From NCBI RefSeq assembly GCF_006345805.1, contig NC_043003.1, positions 29,326,001-29,390,000 of the forward strand: a stretch of 64,000 nt of DNA. Direction: 5' to 3'. The notes under the pieces were generated by a model, which saw only the letters and a list, made by a program, of their open reading frames with translations, had not been told where the DNA came from and ran no database searches. Positions within the stretch are counted from its first letter, which is position 1. The number at the start of each line of letters is the position of its first letter. Source of the DNA: Octopus sinensis. Taxonomy: Eukaryota. Of this stretch, positions 47,865 through 61,508 are shown in pieces. The position numbers and the translations under genes are program-made.

Positions 47865-49123
47865 TCAGGTTATTAAGAATGAAATGTCTGATTTTCTTAT
47901 ACACCAAGTTAACTCTAATGTTTTATTCTGACAATTCTGTCTTACAACATTGAGGAGTTACATCATAACTTTTCGAAATGCAATTCATGGTGCCTGATTA
48001 TATTGTGAGTTTTCTCTTGTAAATCAATTTTTGTGAACCCATGGATAGATAAAAAATTCGTATTGTTTATGAATATGAGTTCCATCGTGGAACCAATGCA
48101 TCTCAGGCAGCTCAAAACATCAAAGAGGTGTTTGGTGAAGATATGGCAAATGAACACACTGTACGTCGATGGTGTGAAAAGTTCCAGTTTTGTGACTTTA
48201 CTCTTGAAAATCAGCCCCATGGTAGACCTGATACAAAGGTGGATAATGATGAGCTGGAAACTGTACTGGAAGTGGATACATCTCAAAGTACGTATGAGTT
48301 AGCAGCAAAGTTTGATGTTTCCATTTGCAACTGTATTGGACCATCTGAAACAAATCGGCAAGGTAAAAAAGCTGTACAAGTGGGTACCACACGAACTGAA
48401 CAAGCATCAAATGACACATTGTCCTGAAACTTGCTGTTCTTTACTGTCACAGCATAAAAGCGAACCATTTTTGCATCATATTAAGTGTGATGAAAAATGG
48501 ATTCTTTTCAACAATAGTAAGCTTTCTGCACAGTAGTTGGATAGATGAAGTGTCAAAACACAATCCTAAAAAGAATATTCACTAAAAAAAGATAATGGTG
48601 TCTGTTTGGTGGTCCAGCGCTGGTGTCATCCACTACAGCTTCATGAGACCTGGTAAATCAATTACAGTGGATGTATACATCAACCAATTGGATGAAATGG
48701 TGAGTGAACTTGCAATTAAGCAACCAAGATTGGTCAACAGAGACAGGCCATTTCTCTTGCAAGGCAATGCTTGATCACATGTTGCACAAAGAACACTACT
48801 CAAGTTACAGTAACTGAACTTGGAAGTACTCTGTCCTCCATCATATTCATCAGACATTGCACCAACCGACTATCACGTTTTCCAGCCATTAAGACCTGCA
48901 AAAAACTTCATATCTGAAGAAGATGCAAAAACAGCCTTTCATGATTTCTTTATCTCTTGTTCTTCAGAATTCTCCACTGCCGGCATAAATAAGCTACCGA
49001 TAAAATGGCAAAATTGTGTTGATGATTTAGATGCATACTTTGATTTACTTCATTGCTTTTTGTTGAGATAAAGTAAAATAAACTTTCAGTTCAAAATCAG
49101 ACATTTCATTCTTACTGACCCGA
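47865..49123 (+). mobile_element. Degenerate full-length mariner (Hsmar/mellifera-like), TA TSD, in LEPROT intron 1
   Basis: TIRs TCAGGTTATTAAGAATGAAATGTCTGATTT / AAATCAGACATTTCATTCTTACTGACCCGA; fragmented transposase (YEFHRGTNA, WVPHEL, CDEKW, PPYSSDIAPTDYH). Confidence 0.9.
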
Positions 49124-50534
49124 TATTTTCTAATGCCAACCCCTTTATAGCTTGTACTGGGTGCTATCATCAGAACTAATGAGATTGTCATGCAGCTCCC
49201 AAGATTAAGATCTTCAACTATGTGGGGCTACATTAGAGAGGGGAGGTAGCTTTATGCTAGGAGCTAAAAGGTTAAAAGTATGAGAGAAAGGAACAGAACA
49301 GGTCTTTTGCTGTAGAGGAGTCACATAACTACTCACATTATAGAAAAGAGATTAGGATATAAATCTCTTATCTTGCACTGACCTTTTAAAAGAGGCAATT
49401 GCACATTAGATAGATAATATAGTTCTAGATATACTTCTCCATCTTTGCATGCACAGGACTTAAATGTCTCTTCATATTCTCTCCTCCCATTGGCATGCTG
49501 GAATTAAAAGTGAAGAATCATCAGCTGAAATACTTGTGCACCTGGTTTAGGACCTCTCAAGCCTGTCACTTTTTTTTCTTTTTGACCACTTTTCCTGTGA
49601 GGAAGTGGAATTCAAAACAAACAGAGCTGAGATGGATACTACAAAGTATATCCTCCAGTGCTCTAGTACTCCACCTATTCTCTACTCTGAACTGGTTCTT
49701 CATTTATTGGCCCTGAAAGGATGAAGGTTGATCCAGGCATGATTTGAACTCAGAATGCAGAGAGCCAAAGTAAATACCATAAGGCATTCAACCTGATGTG
49801 CTAATGACTTAGCAAACTTGATGCTCGTATTTGCTATATGATATTGCAGAAGTCAGGATAGTTACAGATGGGTTGTCTTTTATCATAGGTTTGTTCAATC
49901 TGGTCTAACTTGGGTTAGCAACAATAATGACTTCACTCCCAGTGTTTGGTGTCTGATGTTGGTAACTGTAACAAAGGTGGATGAATAATAGACGAAATAG
50001 TTTCAGATACTTGAATTATCAGTTCTAATTTCAAATCTTTCTTGGTTATCTTTGACTTTCATTTCTCCAGTATCAACAAATTAACTAGCAGTCATACAAC
50101 TGTTCATTCAGGACTTGGGACTATATAACAATAACACAAATTTAGTGTGTGAGGACGAGGAGAGGGGACATATTAACAAGCCATTAGCCTTTTGTGTTTT
50201 AATCTGTGAAGTTCAGAGTTTCAGTTCCTGGTTGTATTCAGTTTTACCACTTGTATCACTTGGAGTGGGGTGGAAGAATAAATGTTCTTTAGCTCTAGGC
50301 CAGTCCTGTTCAGGCAGACCTTTGTTCAAAAGCATTCCATTCATCTTTTTCAGGGGCATGTATAACTACATTTTCTGATGTATTCTTTCTTTATTTAAGA
50401 CAGTTGGGTATGATATAAAGAAAGTTCACTGCTATTTCTAGCAGGTTGAATAACTACGTAAATTCTCCCTTAACATACATGTAGTGGATGTTAAATATAA
50501 TTTATAAGTTTTGTTCATCTGACCAACCAAACTC

Positions 50535-51180
50535 ATCATCATCATCATCATTTAACATCCGTTTTTCTTGCTGGCATGGGTTGGATGGTTTGACAGGATC
50601 AAACAAGCTGGAGGACGTATTGAACCCCAATGTTGAAAACTAACTTCTACACTACTGTACATAGTTGTTGGTTTATTTACATTGCAGTTGGTGAACAAAT
50701 AATATAATTGGTTACATCAAGCTAATACTGTTCTTTTGCACATCCACATGTTCATTTTATTTTTTCATGTTTTTATTTGAATTGACTACTGCATACTCAC
50801 ACGAACCATCCATGTCCTTCTAACTGAATTGGATCACCTGATTCATGGATTTCTTACTCTACCCTTGGATTACATTACCTTTTAATTCATTCGGAGTATG
50901 ATGTTTCTGCACCTTTGATTATGTGTGTTTGTGTATATTCTTGTGTTAGCAATTACATGATAATTGTCGGTAAGCATCCCCATCATACAAACAATGTTGT
51001 CCATCTCCAGTCTTCCATGCAAAGCATATCTGGCCATCAGGAAGCAATGCTTGGAATCAAGTGAACGGTGGCGATAGGAAGGCCATCTGGTGATGGAAAA
51101 TATTGGCCTCAACAAATTCTGTCTGATCCATGCAATCATGGAAAAGTGGATGATGAAATGATAACAGTGATGATGATAAC
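50535..51180. mobile_element. Two oppositely oriented RTE-tailed SINE remnants (50535-50620 -, 50990-51180 +)
   Basis: (CAT)n-TTTAACATCCG tail on - strand and GGCGATAGGAAGGCCATCTGG...CATGGAAAAGTGGATGATG on +. Confidence 0.55.
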
Positions 51181-54100
51181 TACACTCAACATCAGGTTGA
51201 ACTGCAGATTAATGTGAAGTTTATATTAAATCTTATAGTGACTGAATGATGTCTATGATTGTCAGTTCTATAGATTTAACACCAGTGCTTGACTTTTACA
51301 ACTAAGTGACCCTAGTCACTATCTTCAATACAATTTCATCTTTGAACATCATATTAGTCTCACCATTGGTCATTGTTTAATTGATTCCCGTGACAAAGCT
51401 GTACATCCACAATGCTGTTTTTTTCTAAACTTCTAATGGTGATTCTCAATTAGTCTAATTCCTCACTCTTGGTTAGACCTGCTTAGGGCAAAACTTAGCA
51501 GTATAGCTCTTTTGATCATTGGGGTATGTAAACCCCTTTATCTCCACATGTTACTTATTTTATTAATCCCCATGTGGAAAGAAAGGCAATGCACAATATA
51601 CAACAGCAGAATGTAAATGAATGTGTGGTTGTGAAATTTGTTTCTGAACCGTATAACTTCTGCTTTAGTCCCACTGTGCAGCACCTTGAGCAAGTGTCTA
51701 CTATTAAAACTCCAGGCCATATAAAACCTTGTGAATAGATTTGGTAGATGAAAACTGAAAAAAAAAAAAACCCTGTTTGTGTGTGTGTGTGCTTGCATTC
51801 CCTTATCATCTTGACATATGATGATGCATTCCTTTATTATCTTGACAATTGTAAACAAGTGTCACTGTCATCCAAGCAGTGTTGTTTGTTCCTAGTCTTT
51901 CATGAAAACATGTCTGGCCAAGAGGAAATATTTATCTTATTGAGAAACAGATGAATGTTAGCAACAGGAAGGACATCATACCATAGAAAGTCAGCCATAA
52001 CAAATTCTGTCTGATCTATGCTAGCATGGAGAAAAGGACACTAAAATGATGACAATGACACATGGCACTGGACTAGATGTCTTTAGTCTTGCTCTTCAGC
52101 CTCTGCACAACCTCCCATTGTATTAAATGTTAACAACTGGATCTACTTCACACTGAATTTATCTGAAGTGCACAGCAGCTGTACTTGGTAATATTTCATA
52201 GCAACTAAAAAATGTTTGGCTTTTTTTTTGTTTGAGTTCTATTTATTTTATTTATTTGTTTTTGTTACTGTTCTTCCTCTTCACGCAACTGCACACTGAG
52301 ACAATGAATTAGCTCAAACAGTTGCCAAACTGTTTGAGCTAATTGCTACAGCCATGGAGTAGAGGCCATTTCACCCTCACTTCAACTATATTTATTCTGA
52401 CAGTGTCAATAAAAACTTTTAACAATAAATCTGTTGGTGGCAATAGAAGCATCACAATTTGAATTGCTGGTATCAATTCAAAGATGTATTTGTTTGTCTA
52501 ATTGTAACATGTCTAACATTCCTTCCACACACCCCTACTTTAGTCATGATTCATTCAGTCTCACTACACATCCTTGTATCTTTGTATCTAATTTATATGC
52601 TGTTCTTCTCTAAAGCTGCACTCGTGACAAACCACTCCTTTTTATTGTGGAACCATGTTTTATGTTAGTTCCATCTTCCACATTTATTATTGTTTCTCTA
52701 CTACTTAAATTCGTTTTCTAATTGTCTACTTAAATCAGGCCTCATCAGCAACTTCAACATCCATTTAACTCTTTAGTATTCAGATTACTGTTAAATGTAG
52801 TGCTTATTTATTCACATTGTTTTCAATTAATTATATTTTGTTTTGTAGTTTTGAGAATGACATTGTATGGTAGGTGTGAGAAGCTAGATCTGGATGGTTT
52901 GAACATAAAACAAGTAGACTATTTTGGCTGGATATGGTCAGTTTAAAAGCCAAAGGGTTAAGTCTTATCTTTTCCAAGTTGTAAAAACTAACGAAACACT
53001 CAATAGTTATGCAGTGCTCCTACTGTGGATTATATATATATATATTTTAAGCTCTTATATGTTCTCTGTCTAGTTGATGGTGCTAGTTAGTCATTCTTGA
53101 AAGGGTCGGTCTTGACTCAAGACACTTGTCCAGTGTGTCTCAAAATTTTTCATAATTTCCTACCTTTGACTGCCATCTATGTTGGAGCCTTTGTTAGAAA
53201 TCAAACTTTCTATAAACTAGTTTAGTATGTCTGTATGACCATAGCTACAAGCAAACTGTGTGGCACTGAGAAGATAGTATACAAATGTCAGCGGGTTGTG
53301 TGTAGCTGAGGGCTGTGAGGAACCATGGGAAAGGATTGGGGAGCGGGATTTTGTGGTGGTGAGCAAAGTTATGCACAGAGTGATGTGTCATTATAAACAG
53401 GGTTGTAACTAGTTGCGGACAGGGTTATATGTGGTTGTGGGCAGTATTTGGGTGTATATTTGTGAATGTGAGCAGAGCACTGCTTATGCATGCGCGTGCA
53501 TGTGTGTCAGTAGAGTATTTGATTAAAAATGAGAGAGTGAATACTTTTTATTTAACAATGTTCTGTTACCAACTATGATAACATTAATCTTTTTTTCTTT
53601 TTCATATTTCCTTCTGTGTTTTGAATCCTAGCGTGAGTATTATTGCTTTTATTCTCCTATTAATGTTCATGTAACTTTGTTGATTTTGAAGGGTCTGAGT
53701 TTACATCTCATTCCTGGTATTGCATGTAATGTTCTTGGGGAAAGATATTGAACTTTATTTCTCCTAGTCTCAGACATTGTAGTTTTCCTGGATTACAATA
53801 TGGCTGTTGATTAGTAATATTTCCTGGTTGGCATTGTGAAGGTGCCTTTGTATTGTGTATGTAAACATGAAGGAAGGGCAGCACCCACAACCTGAGTAAG
53901 AACTCTGAGACTAATGGTCGAGAAAGGGAGCAGGAAACCTTGATATAGATTACTTTCATAGGAAGCATAACATAAAGATATTGTGTTGTTCTCAGATCAG
54001 TGACCTGGTCTGAATCCCAGAAACTACATGGACTCTGCTAAAGGCACCCAAGGGTTGGATGATGATGTTAAACAGGGTAATAGATTTTTTTGTTGAATTA

Positions 54101-55699
54101 ATTTTATTCACAGGTCAACCTTTGGCTAAGATAAAAGGCACTCACTCAAAGTGCTCTTCAATGGGTTTGAACTCCTCAAAAGCATTGATGAGGAGTTATG
54201 TATAGTCTAACCAGAGAGATGAGCTGACGTGTGTGTGTGTGTGTTAGGTGGCACATAGTTCACTGTGCTCAAGCTATTTCTATGATTCGTACGGGACCAT
54301 TCCATATGGGCTTGTTTGCCAGATTGAGGATTTCCTTCTCCTTTTCTTACACCAGTCTCTGAGCAATGTAGAGGATCATGGGTGCTATCTTTCCCACTGA
54401 CTAAAATATTGTGTGTACGTGTTTATGTATGTATATATACGTTTATATGTGCATAAATATCAAGACTATGAAAATGAGTGCTCAACACCTCATTGGTGGA
54501 TAAAGATTCTTTATTTGTTGATTAAGGCTACCATTGGTTTCATGTTAATGAAGCCCTTAACAATTATCCAGCTCATTACATGGATCATCGGTGTTCATCT
54601 CCATTCTGGACTTGATAATTGTTTAGGGCTTTCTTTACATGAAAAATCAATGGTAGCTTTAACCACAAATATATATCTATATCTATCTGTCTGTCAATCA
54701 ATCAATCAGCACTATATCTTCGACAGATGTGTGGGGACTACCAAAATTGACAAACATTTGAAAGCTGTTTCTTGCAGTTTTGATAACCTGTTTTCCTTCA
54801 AGAACCTCATCAACTGATATTGTTTATTCCTTCTCATATAATCAATACTTTTAATTAACTTGGTAATGATCACTGTATAAAATATGTCAATGTTAACTGT
54901 TGTTTTTTTTTCTTCTCACTACATATTTATTTCCATTTAGCTTTTTTACACTCCATATATTGATTATATTATCATTAAAACTACCTTAATACAAAAGCAT
55001 GTATTTCATTCCTGATTAAGTGGTTAGTTTTAGGAGAGAGATTCAGCTGTAAAAATTCATGCTCTGATGAATTTTTATAATTTATTTGAATATCACTATT
55101 TAAAATTTATTTTTCTATGTTGGAAAACATTAGGAAAATTAATATATTATACATAAAATATCATGCAATATTAGTGTGTAAAACCCAATATTGCGAGTTC
55201 TTTGATGTTTCTAAGCAAAGTTTTTAAGGGTCTGATAGTTTTTCAGATTTGTACATTTTTATATTGTTTGGTATACTGTTATTGTACCTTACTACTAACT
55301 ACTCAACTATAATGTACAAGCCCCTTGGAGAGTTTCACCAGCCAATGAACAAACCTCTATGTGGTTGCTTGGTCTGTTGAAAATACCAGCTGAATCTCCT
55401 TTAAATCTTAGAAAAAGAGGGAAGCATTATATAACAGTTTCGATTTTTTGGCACAAGACCAGAAATTTCAGGGGAGGGTGTGTAAGTCAATTACATTGAC
55501 CCCAGTGTTTTGTCAACCCCAAAATGATGAAAGGCAAAATCAACCTTGGTGGAATTTGAACTCAAAACGTAAAGACAGACAAAATGCCATTAAGCATTTT
55601 CCCTGGCATGCTAACAATTCTGCCAGCTCACCATCCTAAGGATGTTTTTAATAATATCATCATAGGCACAACTTTGCCTTTTGTCATTTCAAAGTCATC

Positions 55700-56110
55700 A
55701 TCATCATCATCGTTTAATGTCTGCTATCCATGCTGGCATGAGTTGGACTGTTTGACTGAGGACTGGCAAGTCAGGAGGCTGCACCAGGCTCCTATCTGAT
55801 TTGGTATGGTTTCTACAGCTGGATGCCCTTCATAATGCCAACCACTCCAAGAGTGTAGTGGGTGCTTTTTATGTGCTATTGGCATGGAGGCCAGTCAGGT
55901 GGCACTGGCATCGACCATGTTCAAATTGTGCTTTTTTACATGCCACTGGCATGGAAGCCACTCAGGTGGCACTGGCATCGACCACACTCGAATGGTGTTA
56001 GATGCCACCTGCATGGGGGCCTGTCCGGCAGCACTGGCATCAACCACACTTGAATGGTGCTTTTCATGTGCCACTAGCACAGGAGCCAGTCAGGTGGCAC
56101 TGGCATTGAC
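55700..56110 (-). mobile_element. RTE-tailed SINE with ~57-bp internal tandem repeats
   Basis: (CAT)n tail at 55700; GGTGGCACTGGCATCGACCAC repeats at 55880-56110. Confidence 0.75.
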
Positions 56111-56439
56111 CAAAATAAAATACCAGTCGGACACTGGGGTAGATGTAACCAACTTATTCCTTCCCAAAACTTGCTAGCCTTGTACCAAAATTTGAAAGCA
56201 TTATTATCATACAATGATATATTTAAACTAGTGTCTTCATTTTGGTTGTTTTTATCTCACTTTGGCCGTTGTACTCTCCAGCATTCTTCAGGTGCCTGTC
56301 ATATTTAGTCACATTCTCAGTATTTGTGGATAAATTTTTTACTAAATTCACAGGAGTAGATTGTTGTTATTCTATTGTCTATACCGAGGATATTCCCCTG
56401 TTAGTTATTCTCTTACTTGTAATGTTTCTTTTTATCTTA

Positions 56440-56775
56440 GACTGTGGCCATGCTGGAGCACCACCTTAGGTGGTTTTTTGAATTGAATAAATTGACCCCA
56501 ATACTTTTTTTTTTAAACCTTGTATTTATTCTGTTGGTCTTTTGTCAAACCACTAAGTTACAGGGACGTAAGCATACCAGCACCGGTTGTCAAGTGGTGG
56601 TGTGGAATAAACAAACACATGACAGGCTTCTTTCAGTTTCCATCTACCAAATCCACTCACAAAGTTTTGGTCAGCTCAAGGTTATAGTAGAAAATACTTG
56701 CCCAAGGTGCCATGCAGTGGGACTGAACCCGAAACTGTGTGATTGGGAAGCAAACCTCTTAACCACACAGCCATG
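56440..56775 (-). mobile_element. tRNA-head SINE (second family), near full length
   Basis: Collinear with 40410-40710. Confidence 0.75.
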
Positions 56776-57710
56776 CTTGTTTGCACATTTTGCTCAAACC
56801 AAGGTACATGTTGTTTGACTGGCTTAAGAATGGAACCCACATCCACTTGCTAAACTATTTCACTTAATACCTGACATTAAGCTCTTTTGATACCAGCCCT
56901 CCCCAGGTAACCCATGTTACTATGATACAAAACATCTAATTTTAAAGTTTTTATATGTGAATTAGACTCTTCTATCATAGTTATTTGTAAGAATTTTTTT
57001 TTAAGCTACATTTCAAACACCTTAATGATAAAGTCCAGTTATTTTACTTAAACCCTCCAAATTCTTAATTAGTTTCAAAATTAATTGAAATACAGACAGT
57101 GAATTTCATTTGAAATATAACAATGAAAGGGTCAATTAATGCTTGTGTTTACTATCCTACTGTCTTGCATGTTAGCATATAGCAACACAGTTGTAGCTGT
57201 ATTGAATTCCTAATCATGGGACCAATAGTTGTCTAGCCTTTACTGTTATTGTCTCTGTTGACTGTCTGAACACTTTTGATACCATATTTTCAATTGAAAC
57301 ACTCCTGCTATTTCAGTTAATTTACAAAAAAAAACAAAAAAACCTAAGACTTTAGTAAGACAACTTAGTTATTATTAAGCTGGTGCATGAAAGATAAATT
57401 TACATGAAATTTTGATGGGATGTTTTAATGCAGATCATTTTAAACAGGATATTTTATCAGAGAATCAGGAGTGGTCACAGGCAGGATGATACAAGTAATG
57501 AAGAATTTAGTAAATCTAACTTTATTATTATTATTATTAAGCTGATGTATGGAACATAAATTAACATAGAGTTTTGATGGAAATGTTTTAATTTACATTT
57601 TGTATTTGTTTTGAAAGATTCTTGATCTGAAAACGTGTGTTGAAACAGTTATTGTTATACTTGGAGATGGTCATATTTTGCCAATTAAATACAGTACTAT
57701 ATATTATATA

Positions 57711-58050
57711 ACCATATTGTTATACTGAAGGATGGTCGTATTTTGCCAATGAAACATACTATATGTTTGGTCTTTACTTCAGCTTTATTATTATTATTTT
57801 TGTTTCTTTGTCAAAGCTCTTTCATCACACATCCTGTGACCTCTTTAGTTCCTTATCTTACAGAAAAACAAAATGGACTAAGCAAAACAAAAGGGGACAC
57901 ATGAGATAGTCATTGAAGAGCTCACAGGATGTATGATGAAAGAGCTTTGACAAAGAAACAAAAATAATAATAATAAAGCTGAAGTAAAGACCAAACATAT
58001 AGTATGTTTCATTGGCAAAATACGACCATCCTTCAGTATAACAATATGGT
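57711..58050. repeat. Near-perfect inverted repeat: 135-bp arms, 70-nt loop
   Basis: 57711-57845 versus 57916-58050, two mismatches by manual comparison. Confidence 0.9.
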
Positions 58051-58206
58051 TTTAATCCAGACCACTTTAAACAGGAAGTTTATACCAGAGAACCAGGGCT
58101 GGTGTCAGGCAGGTTGATATCAAAAGGGTTAAATATGTATTATTACCATAATCAAGAAAGTATAATGGATGCTTGTGGTTCTGATTTTTCTCTTTCTATT
58201 TTCCAG

Positions 58207-58281
58207 GTTAGTTGGATTGGCTTTTGTTGCCGCTGTTGGCATATGTCTTGTTGTGCTGGGATGTGCCCTCCCCACCTTCAA
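58207..58281 (+). CDS. LEPROT: LEPROT coding exon 2 (-LVGLAFVAAVGICLVVLGCALPTF-, 75 nt as assembled)
   Basis: TTTCTATTTTCCAG|G acceptor, AA|GTATGT donor; one nucleotide short of being in frame with exon 1 (see findings). Confidence 0.88.
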
Positions 58282-58889
58282 GTATGTAACTATAATTTTT
58301 TTTTTATTATCTATTTATATATATGTTTTGATAACAGGAATTAAAAAGTCTCCTTGACCTCCTTTTGTTTTATGCTCACAAAGTGAAAGTGAAAATTTTT
58401 TTGTAAGCAGCCATTGAAATTTAGAAAAAAATATTTTTAGAATCATAATCTCCATATTTTTAGACATAGGATCCCAACTCTCAATATATATTTGCAAAAA
58501 AAAAAAAAAACAGTTAGTAAAATATGGGGGTAGGTTTAAAAATTTGAACAACTGGGTTTTGTTTTTATTCTTTTGTTTCATTTATTAGATGTGGCCATGC
58601 AGGAATACCACCTTGAAGAATTAACTTGGTGAAATTGACCCTTGTACTTTTTAAAATTATCTTAATGTTTAGTATTTATTCTACCAACTTCTTTTGGTAA
58701 ACCATTAAGTCATGAGGACAAAACCAAACACTGATTCACAAGCTTTGTGGGGACAAACATAAAGACATACCTCCAAGGAGAAATAAACAGCAATTAGCAT
58801 ATTGGCATTCATATCTACTGGCACATATTAAGAATGAATGTGCACATCATCGTTCTGATTCTCATTCTTTTATGTCCTCATATCATTGT

Positions 58890-59270
58890 TATTACCAGCA
58901 TCATTTCCTCTGCTGGCGTGGATTGAACAGTTTGACCGGAGCTGTCGAGGCTCCAGTTGTCTGTTTTGGCATAATTTCTAGTTGGATGCCCTTCCTAATG
59001 CCAACAACTTCACAGAGTGAGCTGGATGCTTCTATGTGGCACTAGCACGAGTGTATTGCACATGGCACTGGTATGATACATTTTGCATCACACCATAAGT
59101 GCATTTCATGTCACCAGCATCAGTGCATTTTACATCACACAAGCACAAGTGCATTTTATGTGGCACCAATACATGCATTTTATGTAGCACCAGCACAAAT
59201 GCATTTTACATGGCACCAGCACAAGTGCATTTTATGTGGCACTTGCACCTGCAAGACAAAGACCTCTCAG
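58890..59270 (-). mobile_element. RTE-tailed SINE with ~30-bp GCACCAGCACAAGTGCATTTTATGTG tandem array
   Basis: GGATGCCCTTCCTAATGCCAAC core followed by repeats at 59030-59250. Confidence 0.7.
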
Positions 59271-59883
59271 GTGGGAGAGGAAGTGAGAGCATGGCCATAA
59301 AGGACATACCTGTATGTATGGACAGCTGTGATTTTACTTAGCTTGATCTATCTTCTCAAATTCAGCAAATCACCAGAGGTCTCAGTCCCTTGTCATCTCA
59401 TAATAAATATTGACTTGACAGGCATCAGCAAATAATTTTGTATGCTGAATACTGTAAACAGGATTGACTGTTCTTGTTTAGATCAGAGGTGCAGGAATAG
59501 CTTTGACTAAGAAACACAATGTTTCAAATACTGGTATCTCAAAGTCTCTTTACTTCGCTGAATCAAGTGTTTTGTCAATACATGTTGTATAAAGGGAGAA
59601 GTGACAAGTTGTTTTCTGAAGGGTTGGTAAAACAGTGATTGGCATTGTTATATTTAAATCTAATGGAATATATTAAGAGTAAAATACGTATATCATTCTT
59701 TTGATTCTTGCTATTTTACATATCATCTGTGTGTGTATATATATATATAAGAGATAATGGTGTCATTGAGACCCAAAGGTGTCAGGTAATGCTGAATAAG
59801 TGCTATAGACAGACCATAATTAAGTTCCAGATTCGGTAATATTGCGAATAAAGGGTTCAACGTTGGTTCTATGTCAGCGTGTG

Positions 59884-60097
59884 TATATAAGAATTTTTTT
59901 GTGTAATAAGATAAAAAACCAAGGCTGTATAGATATTAGATCATTTATAGATAGGAGGTCTTACAGTTGTTTCTAGGATATTAATTAATAATATTATTAA
60001 TTAATATCCTAGAAACAGCTGTAAGACTTATCTATAAATGCTCTAATATCTATACAGCCTTGGTTTTTTATCTTATTACACAAAAAATTCTTATATA
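59884..60097. repeat. Spacerless ~214-bp palindrome
   Basis: Centre between 59992 and 59993 (…AATAAT|ATTATT…); arms pair with a few mismatches and one 3-nt and one 1-nt indel. Confidence 0.9.
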
Positions 60098-60099
60098 TA

Positions 60100-60420
60100 T
60101 CATCATCATCGTTTAACGTCTGCTTTCCATGCTAGCATGGGCTGAACAGTTTGACATGGAGCTGCCTAGCAGGGATCTGACCAGACTCCAACTGTCTGTT
60201 GTGGCATGGTTTGTTTTGATGGCTGGATGCCCTTCCTGACATACATGCATACTCACACATGCTTGTGACAGGTTTCCACACAGTTTACATCTACCAAATT
60301 CACTCACTAGACATTGGTCAATCCAAGAGGCTATAGTAGAAGGCACTTGCCCAAGGTGCTGTACAGTGGTACTGAACTCAAGACCACATGGTTGCAAAGC
60401 AAACTTCTTAACCACACAAT
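60100..60420 (-). mobile_element. RTE-tailed SINE fragment joined to a tRNA-head SINE fragment
   Basis: (CAT)n-CGTTTAACGTC tail at 60100; head-like CAAAGCAAACTTCTTAACCACAC at ~60400. Confidence 0.65.
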
Positions 60421-61020
60421 TATACTTGAAAAAGAAGAAAGAAAGAGGTGGTGTGCCTATTTGACACGTCTGACTAGACATGGTTGAAATAGTATTATTT
60501 CCACTTTCATTTTGTGATCACAACCCGGAAGAATATCTCTACGTTGCTCTTATGACGTGGACGTGTGTGTAATCTGAATCAGCGGTAATATTTTAAAGGG
60601 GAGTAACTCTCTAGAAGGATTGTAACTCATTATTATTTACCGTTCATGTTCTCTGCTGGCATGGCTTGATCGTTTGACGGAACGCAATGTGCCCCAGACT
60701 GCATTGGCATGGTTTTTGTATGTCCTGATACCCCTTTCTAATGCCAACCACTTAACAGCATGTGCTGTGCCTTTATTCGTTACACTAGCATTAGTGATGT
60801 CTCTATGCAGCGTGCAAGATTTTGGGGCTGTAGTAGAGAGGGAGATGGTAATATACTGAGGATATAAAGGATATTAGTATAAGTGACAGAGAGTAGGTGA
60901 TGGACCCTTATTCTAGACTGGGTTTCCTCGATTTGCACAGACGTTCCTCCAATAGTCCATGTCCACCATTGTCGACTTCAACTTGGGAACTAATAATCTG
61001 CTGTTGACTGCTGCTGTGGT

Positions 61021-61170
61021 CATGCATTTGGTTCCCAGAGTAGCAAATCCCAGATGCATTCATTCTTGGCCCAGTAGCCATGCCCAGCTTCTGCAATCAT
61101 GCATTTGGTTCCCAGAGTAACACATCCCTGATGCATTCATTCCTGGCCAGCTGGTAGCCATGCCCAGCTA
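61021..61170. repeat. ~78-bp tandem duplication
   Basis: CATGCATTTGGTTCCCAGAGTA...GTAGCCATGCCCAGCT at 61021 and 61099. Confidence 0.8.
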
Positions 61171-61508
61171 AATAGAGTCTTCTGGCTCTGAGCCTCTCTG
61201 GGAGAATGTCCCTGTAGATGTCTTTATTGGTTACCTTCTGTTGCATGTTGGAGTAAGTGGGTGTAGCATCCATCCAGTCATTCCTGCAACATTTGATGGG
61301 CTAAGTCCTAAATATTGACTAAATGTTTTAAACGCAGTCACCTGTTACCAACAGAAGAATAAAATATATGAAAATAGATGTGAAATATAGCTGAAATAAA
61401 AGCAAGAGGTGAGTCAAGGATAGAATGTTTGTTGAAGTGAAATATAGATTTTGATAATTCTAGTTTGCCGAAAACAACTAAACTGTAAATTTTCTTTTCT
61501 TTCTCCAG

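Noticed and set aside
52700-52750. CTGATGA...GAAAC on the - strand as another hammerhead
   Set aside because: No helix II pairing and no stem I complementarity.
54180-54230. C/D-box snoRNA (TTGATGA...CTGA) in LEPROT intron 1
   Set aside because: Box spacing too short (~43 nt) and no terminal stem.
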